Source: Naegleria gruberi (lineage: Eukaryota). Taken from it: a DNA stretch of 64,000 nt. The notes beneath the pieces are model-generated. The model saw only the letters and a program-made list of their open reading frames with translations, was not told the origin of the DNA and searched no databases. The DNA lies in assembly GCA_000004985.1 (NCBI GenBank), contig GG738872.1; one strand, given 5' to 3'. The stretch's first letter is position 1; every line of letters starts with the position of its first letter. The position numbers were made by a program, and so were the translations under genes. Shown piece after piece: positions 20,914 to 30,853 of the stretch.

Positions 20914-22785
20914 ATGGCTGAACATGAAAATGATTGGAATGGGAAATTTGTTCTCTCATGTGATGTAGGAACAAATTCAGTGAGAACGGCTCTCATTAGT
21001 CTGGAAAATGGATCCATGAAGGAAAATTCTCTCATCACTCAATTTCAAATTAATATTTGGAGTTATCATACAAAGAAAAAGTGTAATCTCTCCGATGAGG
21101 TATTTATGGAACAATCATCAATGAATATTTGGAATCAGATTTGTGAATCGAGTAGAAAATCAATGATGGCCTCAAAAACTAGCCCTGAACAAGTAGTTGG
21201 AGTTTGCTTTGATGCTACTTGTTCACTGGTTGTTTGGGATGTTGATTTGAATAAGCCAGTTTCTGTTGTCCTTTCTGAAGATCGTCAGCATCAAGATGAA
21301 TTCAATCAGAGAAATGTAATCCTATGGGCTGATCATAGATCAAAACACTTTGCATCTCAAATTAATGACACTAAATTTGAGAAAGTGTTAAAATATGTTG
21401 GAGGAAAGATTTCTCCTGAGATGGAGTTGCCAAAAATTAAATTCCTATTAGAGAATGGAGTTTTTGATTTGGAAGAAAATAAGGGAATACAATTCTTTGA
21501 TTTGGCAGATTGGCTCACCTTCATGTGTACTGGAAATTCACAATTCAGATCACAATGCACAACAACTTGCAAGTGGGGATATGTTTTTGACCAAACAAGT
21601 GCTGATTCCGATATTATTTGTGGAGGATGGAATGTAAAGTTTTTGGAAAATGTGAAATTGGATGGAATTCTAACTCCTATCAATCTAATTGGATCAAGCA
21701 TATGTAAAATTGGATCCAATGTACAATTTAAAATAGCACCATCAGCAGCTGCTCAGCTAGGATTATCTGAGAATGTTTTAGTGGGTGTACCAGTTATTGA
21801 TGCCCATGCAGGAGGATTAGGAATGGTTGGTGCTGTTTTGAATATGGATGAAAAGCATACCAAACAGGATATTACAAAAACCTTGGTGTTGATAGCTGGA
21901 ACATCAAGTTGTCACATGATTGTGTCTGAAGAACCTGTATTTATTGAAGGAGTGTGGGGACCATTTTATAACAGCATGACCTTGGATATGCATTTGAGTG
22001 AAGGAGGCCAGACATTTTGTGGAGCTGCTTTGGATTATATTGTTGAATCTCATCCACAATACTTTAATCTTATTCAAAGTGTATCAAATCAACACAAAAT
22101 TGATAGCACTACTTCAGTATCAGCACTCAAATTAATGGCCATCAAAAAATTAGAATCAATTCTGGAACAAATGAAAGAGCAGAGACAGCTCGAACACATT
22201 GACATGCTCACTTCAGATGTTCACATTTGTCCATATTGGAATGGATGCAGATCACCACTTGCAGATCCTGAATTTAGAGGAGTAATTACTGGCCTCTCAG
22301 TAACCCCTCTAAATACCAACAAGAAAATTGAAAACCTATTGACACAACATTCTTCTCCAATTACTTCAGACGATAGTGATTTTGAACAATTGGCTGTGTT
22401 GTATTTGGCCATGATTCAAGCTTTAGCGTACGGAACCAAACATATTATGCAAGAAATGATAAAGAGTGGCCATACCATTGATAGAATTTTCATGTGTGGT
22501 GGCCTTTCCAATAATGAACTATTCGTAAAACAACATGCAAATATTACTGAAAAACCAATTTATAGAATGGATCAAGATTCCATGCTGTTGGGGTGTGGTG
22601 TACTTTCTTCTGTGGCTTGTGGAGCTTACAGTGACATGTATCATGCAATGAGAAGTATGTGTCATCTAAACAGGGAAAGAGATGTCATGCCAGAAAATGA
22701 ATTACAATTGTATCATCAAAAGAAATTCAATGTATTCATGGAGATTATTAGAGACTTTATCAAATACAGAGAAATGATGAAGTAA
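20914..22785 (+). CDS. FGGY-family carbohydrate kinase (FGGY/ribulokinase-like), 623 aa.
   Basis: N-terminal FVLSCDVGTNSVRTALIS (FGGY_N ATPase fold). Central GVPVIDAHAGGLGMVGAV. C-terminal CGGLSNNELFVKQHANITEKPI. Single exon. Confidence 0.75.
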   Translation: MAEHENDWNGKFVLSCDVGTNSVRTALISLENGSMKENSLITQFQINIWSYHTKKKCNLSDEVFMEQSSMNIWNQICESSRKSMMASKTSPEQVVGVCFDATCSLVVWDVDLNKPVSVVLSEDRQHQDEFNQRNVILWADHRSKHFASQINDTKFEKVLKYVGGKISPEMELPKIKFLLENGVFDLEENKGIQFFDLADWLTFMCTGNSQFRSQCTTTCKWGYVFDQTSADSDIICGGWNVKFLENVKLDGILTPINLIGSSICKIGSNVQFKIAPSAAAQLGLSENVLVGVPVIDAHAGGLGMVGAVLNMDEKHTKQDITKTLVLIAGTSSCHMIVSEEPVFIEGVWGPFYNSMTLDMHLSEGGQTFCGAALDYIVESHPQYFNLIQSVSNQHKIDSTTSVSALKLMAIKKLESILEQMKEQRQLEHIDMLTSDVHICPYWNGCRSPLADPEFRGVITGLSVTPLNTNKKIENLLTQHSSPITSDDSDFEQLAVLYLAMIQALAYGTKHIMQEMIKSGHTIDRIFMCGGLSNNELFVKQHANITEKPIYRMDQDSMLLGCGVLSSVACGAYSDMYHAMRSMCHLNRERDVMPENELQLYHQKKFNVFMEIIRDFIKYREMMK

Positions 22786-23133
22786 TATTATTACAAGTTT
22801 GTATGGGATGAAACTAGGTGGAAAGTAAATTTACAATAGTAGATAATTGAAGTCTTAACAAAATCTAAAACACAGCCATTTGGAGAGCACTTTTGTAACC
22901 ACTTCAAACTCAAGAAGCACTTCAAATTCAAGAACCACCAATAATACTAATCATTATAAAACTATTTCCAGTAACATATCCTTAAACATTGTGTCCGACT
23001 TCTCTAAAATCGAATTTTCTGCAGGTCCTCACTTGAAACTCCACACAACCTAAAAAAATACCTCAAACAACAACTGCCTAGGCGGATCCTCAAGAAAGAT
23101 TTTGCAATTTTTAAAGAACACATTTTCAAAATC

Positions 23134-24825
23134 ATGATGAATGGAAAGGATGACGACCATGTGGAGGATCGGAATGGACTAGAAAACCACGAATTAATGA
23201 CCATGCAACATTATACATCGTCGAATTCTCTCGAGGAGGACGTTCAATTAGAAAAGAATGAAGAATTGCTGTTGAATAATGATGAGGAAGGCAATAATAA
23301 TGGAGGCAGTGATGATTCTCCTATACAAGAAAGAGACTATAATCAATTGACGAGATGGGAAAAATTTAAACATTTACTTGTGAATATGAGAGGACAATTT
23401 AAGAACATGGTGGAAATTGCTTTTCCAACAATTTTGATGAATATTTCTAATAAGATTTTGGGAGTGGAAGATATGGCATTTATTGGAAGATTGGGCAGTG
23501 AGGAATATATGGCATCTGCTGCCTTGGCTAATGCTATTTTCTTTTGTTTGAGTTTTATTTCAGTTGGTCTTATTAATGGACAAGATACATTTGTTGCACA
23601 AGCTTTTGGTGCTAAGAATAAGCCACTTGTTGGAGTTTGGATGCTGAGAAGTATTACCTTGTTGGTGACATTTTTGATACCTGTATTTATTGTGCTCTTC
23701 TTTTTGGAATTTTGCTTAACAACGATAGGTGTTGAGGAGAGTATTGCTCATTTATCTGGTCAATTTGTTAGATATTTATTACCTGGACTTTTACCATTTG
23801 CTTTGAATAGATCGGTGGCCAGATTTTTAGTTTCTGTTGATGTGAGACTGCCCAATACTATTATTCCAATTGCTGCTATTTTTGTAAACTTTGGATTGAA
23901 TTGGTTGTTTGTATTTGGAATTGGATTTAAAGGAATTGGATTTTTAGGAGCAGCCATTGCTACATCCCTTTCAAGACTTTTCAGTTTAATGTGTTATGTC
24001 TATGTGCTATATCACCATCGTGAAAAGTTTAAGGAATGTATTTATGGAGCTATGCAATGGAAGGAAGTATTTCAAATTTCTGGTTTTGTTGAATATTTGA
24101 AACAAGCAATTCCAGGTACAATCGCAACATGTTGTGAGGTGTGGGCCTTTGAAATGACAACTTTGATTGCTGCTTACATGTCACCTACTCATGTGGCTGC
24201 TCACTCAATTGTGTTAAATGTCACTTCATTATCATTCATGGTTCCTTTGGCCTTGTCTAGTGCTGCTGCTGTCATGGTAGGCCAAAGACTTGGTGCCAGA
24301 AATCCTCAAGAAGCCAAATACTCTGCCTACCTGTGCCTGACTAGCTCTGGATTGTTCATGATTATCAATGCTATTGTCATTGGAGCCTTCTCTACATTGA
24401 TTCCTAGAATTTACACAAATGAACAACCAGTCATTGATATGGCAGCTTCTATTTTCCCTCTGGTTTCTCTATTTGCTGTAACAGATGGTATTCAAGGTAC
24501 TGCTTCTGGTGTATTGCGTGGAGCATCTTGTCAAATGGTATCAATGGTTGCCAATATTATTGCCTATTACGTTATTAGCATTCCAATTGGAATGGTTTTG
24601 GCTTTTATTGCTGATTGGCAACTATTTGGTTTGTGGACTGGTTTGACAATTAGTTTAATTCTCGTTGCAGGTTCATTACTGCTCTATATCATATTCAGAA
24701 TTAATTGGGAAAAGGAATCTCAAGTTGCATACGAAAGGGCCAGTAAAATGGTAAAAAGCAACAGTACAGATTCATCACTCGATTCAATTAATAATGAGAA
24801 TAATGATGAATCAAATAATCAATAA
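23134..24825 (+). CDS. MATE (multidrug and toxic compound extrusion) family transporter, 563 aa.
   Basis: Twelve predicted TM segments. MatE hallmarks AFPTILMNISNKILGVEDMAFIGRLG and AQAFGAKN. An acidic N-terminal extension and a short C-terminal tail. Confidence 0.8.
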   Translation: MMNGKDDDHVEDRNGLENHELMTMQHYTSSNSLEEDVQLEKNEELLLNNDEEGNNNGGSDDSPIQERDYNQLTRWEKFKHLLVNMRGQFKNMVEIAFPTILMNISNKILGVEDMAFIGRLGSEEYMASAALANAIFFCLSFISVGLINGQDTFVAQAFGAKNKPLVGVWMLRSITLLVTFLIPVFIVLFFLEFCLTTIGVEESIAHLSGQFVRYLLPGLLPFALNRSVARFLVSVDVRLPNTIIPIAAIFVNFGLNWLFVFGIGFKGIGFLGAAIATSLSRLFSLMCYVYVLYHHREKFKECIYGAMQWKEVFQISGFVEYLKQAIPGTIATCCEVWAFEMTTLIAAYMSPTHVAAHSIVLNVTSLSFMVPLALSSAAAVMVGQRLGARNPQEAKYSAYLCLTSSGLFMIINAIVIGAFSTLIPRIYTNEQPVIDMAASIFPLVSLFAVTDGIQGTASGVLRGASCQMVSMVANIIAYYVISIPIGMVLAFIADWQLFGLWTGLTISLILVAGSLLLYIIFRINWEKESQVAYERASKMVKSNSTDSSLDSINNENNDESNNQ

Positions 24826-25013
24826 ATATTTATTGAGGATTAATGAATATTGTGACAAATGCATTGTTTATAAAACAAGTGTACACTGACCATTCTTAAA
24901 TATGTTGAGTGGAACAATATCTGAACAGAAGATAACAAGGAAAAAGCCTTTAAATCATACTTTGGTGTGTCCTATTGACAGACTGTCAACTTTTAATGTT
25001 TAATAATGAGATG

Positions 25014-26977
25014 TTAGCAATAGTGTTCTTTTGCTATTTTGATAATGCTCTCGTAGTCTGGTCTATTGTTTGGATCTTTTTCTAGCATGGACAAAACAAG
25101 ATCAACACATGCAGTGCTATACTCTGAGAAATTTTTGTGAATTCTTTCCTTGATGAAGAGTTTTGCTTTGATTTCATCTTGTTCGATAACTTTCCATAGC
25201 ATGGTATTAAAATCAAAAGACATCATTTCAAACAATGTACATCCCAATGAGAAAACATCTCCCTTAAATGTACTCATTTCTGTTTCAATTAGTTCTGGAG
25301 AAGCATATTTCATTGTACATGAGCTATCATCAATTACCATTTGAATATTAGAAACTGAGGTAGCAAATCCAAAATCGGATAAAACACAATCCAATTCATC
25401 ATGGGTGTGCTTGGTTACTAGAAAATTCGAGCTTTTCACATCTCTGTGAACAATATTGTTGGAAAGTAAATAGCTGAGAGCAAGACTGGCCTTTGTTAGG
25501 AATTGGATAACCATTCTTTCAGAAAAAGGTTGATTTTTCATAAAGTTATTATATATAGTTCCACTCAAATCCCCAAGAGCAAAGTAAGGCATGACGAGAT
25601 AGATTTTGCTCTCTGTTATATCAATTTCAATTGCAAGTAATGGTACTATTAACTCATCATTCTTGATAATGTTTTGATGAGATATTTCCTTGATTTGACT
25701 TTCAAGCTCAATAACATTGTAAAATCTAACCATCTTGAGAGCTAATTGTCTTGGTGAATCAGCTTGATCAAAAGTATCTGTGCACAAATAGACCTTTCCA
25801 CAGCCACCACTTTTGATGAACTTTTCAATACGATATCTTCCTTTGATCAGATCAGTGCTCGTTGAATTGGGATTGATTGCTTGACGTTTAGGTTTGATTT
25901 GATGGTATCCTCAATTCTGTTAAATGAAAACTATTTGATTCGATATCTCTATAGAGTTGAATCAACTTATCAATAAATAAAATTTCTAAATTACATGCTG
26001 AAAAATCCAAAATTTCAATACTCGATTCTGGTATGAATGAAATAAGTGAAATACCTGTACTAGTGTCAATGTTACATCCGCTGAGTACCAATTTCTTGAC
26101 ATTGTTATCTCTGAATCCCATTTGTGTGATACCTTGATTTCCATTCAAATAAATTTCTTCTATATTATTCATATGATGAATGGCAGTACAAAATTCTTTT
26201 ACATCTCGACCTGTCAAGTTATTATACCCTAAATCAATAATTTTCAATGAATAAATCCATATTATAGAATTAAATATTGATCATCTCTGTAAGAAATCAA
26301 AATGAAATATTGTTTCTCTTAAATTCAAAGAATCATTGCCCTCATCAATCATTTCAAATATAGACACAAGACGGATATCAGGTTTAATCTTTAAATTTAG
26401 ACAAACCTTCTTATAGATCGATGAGGGATCAACAATTTTGTAATCATTCTCTTTAAACCATGAATTCGAATATATTTGTTTGCAATCACCAATGAATCCA
26501 TTCATTGCACTTTCTCCACCATTAAAATAAAATTCCAACTGCTTACTTGCCCCAATATTGTCAATTATTATGAAATTATTCTTCCTATAAATCTTGAAAC
26601 TTGTTGAATTATCAATTGGGTTTGGGGTTGTCCAGCTGTATTCATCTTGATAATTACATTATCACCCTATTCATCTAAACTAATTGTAAACAATTTTTTT
26701 CGGAAATCAAACCATAGTTGACAAAGAACCCATAAAAAATTGACCACTTGCGCAACAATACGGTTTTTCCAACACCAATACAACCTAAGAGCACGATATT
26801 TATAAAATAGTCACAATCCTTGCTTTTTGTTAATTGTGTTTGTTGAGAAAGGGGATCAAAGTTTGATGGTGTTGAGTTTCTAGTAATTGAGATTGGGTGT
26901 GTTCTATCGGAAGAGCTGCTACGTCCCATTTTTATGATTCTTGCATCTTGTCCCGTTTGTGAACAGTTTGGTGGCAA
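25014..26977 (-). CDS. Multi-exon gene encoding a degenerate Ras/Roc-like P-loop GTPase region, leucine-rich repeats and a C-terminal Ser/Thr protein kinase (Roco-like architecture). Exon junctions are not fully resolved.
   Basis: 5' segment 26675-26977 has G1 VLLGCIGVGKTVLL. Segment 26281-26655 has a possible G3 IIIDNIGASKQ. Segment 25888-26247 is LRR (LDFSACNLE, LVLSGCNIDTSTG, IIDLGYNNLTG). 25014-25905 is a kinase with G-loop FIKSGGCGKVY, HRDVKSSNF, SDFGFA and ASPE. The segments lie in different frames, which implies short introns. Confidence 0.45.
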
Positions 26978-27011
26978 ACTGAGAAAATTGGAGCTTAAAA
27001 GCTCACTCGTA

Positions 27012-27084
27012 GCCCGTCTAGCTCAGTCGGTAGAGCGCAAGGCTCTTAACCTTGTGGTCGTGGGTTCGACCCCCACGGTGGGCG
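27012..27084 (+). tRNA. tRNA-Lys (anticodon CTT).
   Basis: 73-nt cloverleaf GCCCGTCTAGCTCAGTCGGTAGAGCGCAAGGCTCTTAACCTTGTGGTCGTGGGTTCGACCCCCACGGTGGGCG. Anticodon loop CTCTTAA. A T-run lies just downstream. Confidence 0.9.
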
Positions 27085-27169
27085 ATTCATATTTTTGAAA
27101 AGTTCAACATATTTTCAACATTGTACTTCCCTCCAAAATCTGTTTCATCATTTCAACAATAAAAAAAGA

Positions 27170-27742
27170 ATGGCTTCAAATCTTCTTCGACTGGCCGATA
27201 GATGTGGATGCTATAATGAGGATGAATTCAATTCTCAACAACAAGACAATGAAATGGATTTAACTAACCTATTATCGGAATCTATGAATATTCAAGATAG
27301 AATTTTTCAACTCCATGAAAAGTACGAATTAATGATGGAATATAACAAGACGTACGATTTGCTCAATGATGAAAGATTGTCGGAGCGATTGATGTTATTG
27401 AATGAATTGTGTGATAATTTGGAAAGGTTCTCAGTTAACAAGTCAAAGATTTTGAACAAGATTCAAGCTCCAACTCTTGACACCTCACAAAAGCTTGTCA
27501 AAATTAATCGTGAATATCAACCACATTTTGCCAATTTGTTGAAGAGTATTGCCAGAACGATGGATATTGTACATCAATCGATCAATAATATTGAGTGGGC
27601 CTCTGTGAAAAAGAAGAACATTGAAAAGAGTAAATTAGAAGATGTGTTTAAATCAATTCCACAAATGCTTTCAAAATATCAAAGATTTGTCTCTACCATT
27701 GACTCCCAAACACTGGCTCTAAATAGTGCTGCAAATATTTGA
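27170..27742 (+). CDS. Hypothetical helical/coiled-coil protein, about 190 aa.
   Basis: ATG at 27170 (MASNLLRLADR...). The ORF-track start at 27095 is a TTG that overlaps the tRNA flank. No domain recognised. Confidence 0.4.
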   Translation: MASNLLRLADRCGCYNEDEFNSQQQDNEMDLTNLLSESMNIQDRIFQLHEKYELMMEYNKTYDLLNDERLSERLMLLNELCDNLERFSVNKSKILNKIQAPTLDTSQKLVKINREYQPHFANLLKSIARTMDIVHQSINNIEWASVKKKNIEKSKLEDVFKSIPQMLSKYQRFVSTIDSQTLALNSAANI

Positions 27743-28052
27743 GAGAATTATCCCTTTGAAGATGTTGTGATGATGATTATCCAAGTATGCACAAATGATG
27801 AAAGAATTCTTTCCTGTGCTCTATATTTTCTGTTAAATATCAACAAGAATTATCTAATAGACTTCTTTTCCAATTCCTCAATTTCTTCGATAGTGAGACT
27901 CCCCTTTGGCATGTGATAATAGTGATGACCAAAGAAGTCTACACAATCAATATGATTTTCTTCAAGTTTTACGAACGGAGATGGTAAAACTATTAATTGT
28001 ATAAATAAAGAATATGTAAATAAATCCAATTAAATAAGATGAATATATATCC

Positions 28053-28448
28053 TCAAGAATGGATGAAAAACATACATCTAATTTGCTTTTGCAAATAGGT
28101 ATCATAAACTCTGTAAATAGTAAATAAGAGAGAAACAAAGAAAAGAGCAAAAGTGAGAATAGCACCCGAGACTACAATTTCCTTCTCCCTCCTGTTGGTG
28201 ATTAAAACTCCAGCCTTTCCTTTCAACAAACGTTCTTCCAATTCCTTCATACGTTTATCTTGTTTGGATTCAAAGGCTGTTTTTGGTTTGTTTTGTTCTG
28301 TTGGTACATCATTTCGGAGGAGGGATTGAGTTGAGAAATTTCTTCTATTCATTGTACCAATGAAGGATTTTAAGAGTTGAGAAGATGATCCTGTATTGCT
28401 GATAGGAAGAGCTTTGAGTCTATTCAGCAATGTCATGTTGTTGAGCAT
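28053..28448 (-). CDS. Small protein with an N-terminal mitochondrial-presequence-like region and one C-terminal TM helix, 131 aa.
   Basis: MLNNMTLLNRLKALPISNTGSSSQLLKSFIGTMNRRNFSTQSLLR is basic and hydroxylated with no acidic residues. The hydrophobic stretch AILTFALFFVSLLFTIY follows. ATG start. Confidence 0.35.
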   Translation of the reverse strand: MLNNMTLLNRLKALPISNTGSSSQLLKSFIGTMNRRNFSTQSLLRNDVPTEQNKPKTAFESKQDKRMKELEERLLKGKAGVLITNRREKEIVVSGAILTFALFFVSLLFTIYRVYDTYLQKQIRCMFFIHS

Positions 28449-28606
28449 TTTCTTCTTTGTGTTGCTTTGTTAAAAATGCCTGCCAAAATTTTCATTGTAA
28501 AAACTAATAGGCAACGAAAAAATTAAAAACTGTTTCCAAAAAAAATTCAAAATGTAAGTTGCTGCACGAACTATCGTTTATTCATCCAACAAATTTTAAA
28601 GACAGA

Positions 28607-29056
28607 ATGGTCAATAGACAAGCCACTTTGAAGGACGTTAACCCACAACAATGGGTCGTTGCTTACGCTGAACACTTGAAGAAGCAAGGTAAGATTGTTT
28701 TGCCAAAATGGGTCGATATTGCTAAGACTGCCGTCCACAAGGAATTGCCACCAATGAATCCAGATTGGTTCTACGTTCACTGCGCTGCTGTTGCCAGAAA
28801 CATTTACTTGAGACCTGGAACTGGTGTCCAAGGTTTGAGAAAGAGATACGGTATGGCCAAGAATGGTGGTTATGCTCCATATCATCACGAAAGAGCCTCT
28901 AGAACTGTCCAAAGAAAGTGTATGCAAGAATTGGAAAGAATCGGTGTTTTGGCTTCTGAAGAACAAGCTAAGAATCCACACTCTGGTAGAAGAGTCACCT
29001 CCCAAGGAAGACAAGACATGGACAGAATTGCTCAAAGCCTCAAGTTGAAGAAGTAA
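28607..29056 (+). CDS. RPS19: 40S ribosomal protein eS19.
   Basis: MVNRQATLKDVNPQQWVVAYAEHLKKQGKIVLPKWVDIAKTA...PDWFYVHCAAVARNIYLRPGTGVQGLRKRYG aligns with eS19 over its whole length. ATG at 28607 and 149 aa. A possible 5'UTR intron sits upstream (GTAAGT...TTTTAAAG, 28555-28602). Confidence 0.85.
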   Translation: MVNRQATLKDVNPQQWVVAYAEHLKKQGKIVLPKWVDIAKTAVHKELPPMNPDWFYVHCAAVARNIYLRPGTGVQGLRKRYGMAKNGGYAPYHHERASRTVQRKCMQELERIGVLASEEQAKNPHSGRRVTSQGRQDMDRIAQSLKLKK

Positions 29057-29216
29057 ATTACCATCATAAAACCAAAAAAATTAATTTCAAGATTTGGTTA
29101 TTTTTTTATTGACTTTGTTAAATTTCTGACCTGTCATCAAATTATATCTCTGGCAAGCAGTTCAGTTTCTGTTAAATAATTATTTGGATAATGATTCAAT
29201 ACTTTAAACTGGTTTA

Positions 29217-30695
29217 TTAATTTACTACAAGATTATCTGAATCAAACTTGCTTAGGGCGGAAATAAGGTTGACACATCTCTCACCACAACCATCCATTTG
29301 TTCACTTCCATTTCCGAAACGTATTGGTCTCTTTTTTCTCACAACTACCACATGAATTTCTCGAGCTTGTAAAGATGACGAAACTGTAAAGTCCAAATCA
29401 ATTCTTCTCCACTTGATATCCTGAAGATTTTTCAAAATGGTTTCCTCAAATTCCACTTCACAATTATTGTCTCTATAGAGTTTTTTGCACTTGTCGTTCA
29501 AGTCTCCCACAAATGGTTCATGTTCGGTACCTTTCCAGCTAGCTTTCAAAAGATGGTCAATTCTCTCTGTTGATACAGTCTCCTTCCCGTAAGGTGTAAA
29601 GAATTCATTCAACAAGTTAACATATGCATTTGAGGTGAGAAATTCACTGCTAGCTCCTCCAATTTTAACTGATGGTTCTGCATGTTCATTGAGTGGATAC
29701 GGATTAAATGAACGAATTGATGAAGATGGAAAAGGAACAGTTGAATCCAAATTACATGATGATATTAAGGTTCTTTGTGGAAACTTTTTCAAAACTTTTA
29801 CAAAATCTGATTCTGGCAAACTCATTCTGTACAATAATGATTCTTCAATGGAATTGCCATCATCCAATTTCAACTCTTTTCCTGTCAATCCAAGAAGTGA
29901 AATAAATGTATGCGCTGCAAATCTGTAAATTGATTTGAAATAGGTACCACCAGGTCTTCTCGATCCTAAATGTGGAGTTGATATTGTTGTAAAATTCTAA
30001 TACAGATTAAAATAATTATTGATATTAAAAATCCCACTTACACATGGAACCAAATGTGGAAATACATTATCTACAAAATATTTTCGATGTTCTTGGAATT
30101 CTTCATCTTTGGAAATTTCAATATCACCACTTGGTAAGTCATATACTAGTTTAACGAAATATCTGGCAATTAATCCTCCTAATGAATGCCCAATGACACT
30201 TAATTTCAATTTCTTACCATTCGAAAGTGAAACCTTTCTTTCATAAATAATTTTCAACACTTCTTTCAATACATTGGTTCCCAATGATTCAATACCATCA
30301 TGTGTTTTACCTTCATTACAAGCACAATCAATAATCTGAAATAATTTCAATTATCAAGTTAGTGACAAGTTACTTACAATGGCATGTTCTGGTGTTTCAT
30401 CGGAATTATACAACTCTTTTAATTTTTCTGCAATAAACTGAAAATCCTTCTGATTACCATGCAGTCCATGAATTAAAACATATAGATCATTATGTTTTGA
30501 TTGAGTATTTTTCTCACTTGTTTCCGTTGCTTTATATTCAATCGAAGGAGTCATCTCTTCCACCATTGTTGAATTGTTTTTTTCTATTGTATCAATTTGT
30601 TCCTCCACCATTGTCTCTTTTAAATTATCCATTGCAGATGATGATTGTGATGATTCTACTTGATCATCTGTTACAGAAGAAGGTTGTTGGGACAT
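29217..30695 (-). CDS. DUF676-type putative serine esterase/lipase (alpha/beta hydrolase). Three exons: 30695-30378, 30335-30042, 29996-29217.
   Basis: LYVLIHGLHGNQKDFQFIAEKL (DUF676 start). Nucleophile elbow VIGHSLGGLIARY. The downstream TPHLGS motif appears only after splicing exons 2 and 3. Introns are 42 and 45 nt, both GTAAGT...AG, both phase 0. Confidence 0.7.
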
Positions 30696-30853
30696 TTTTT
30701 ATGTATTTTGTGCTTCCGATTATTATTCTTAAAATAACTCCACCTCAACTTTTCGAGTATGATACGAATACTGCGAGGACATTTAAAGAATTGGACTATG
30801 AAGAAAGAAATAATAGTAAGGAAAAGAGTTTTAAAGGAGATTGTTTTATAATT

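Noticed and set aside
27095-27169. ORF-track start at 27095 for the gene downstream of tRNA-Lys
   Set aside because: It starts at a TTG only 11 nt after the tRNA; the first ATG (27170) is used instead. Other track starts that are TTG or GTG (15041, 36776, 41743, 48118, 14880, 63915, 12342, 25787) were likewise re-anchored or flagged.
28571-29035. 154-aa minus-strand ORF overlapping RPS19
   Set aside because: It is fully antisense to a strongly supported ribosomal protein gene and its composition is S/L-rich noise, so it is an antisense artefact.
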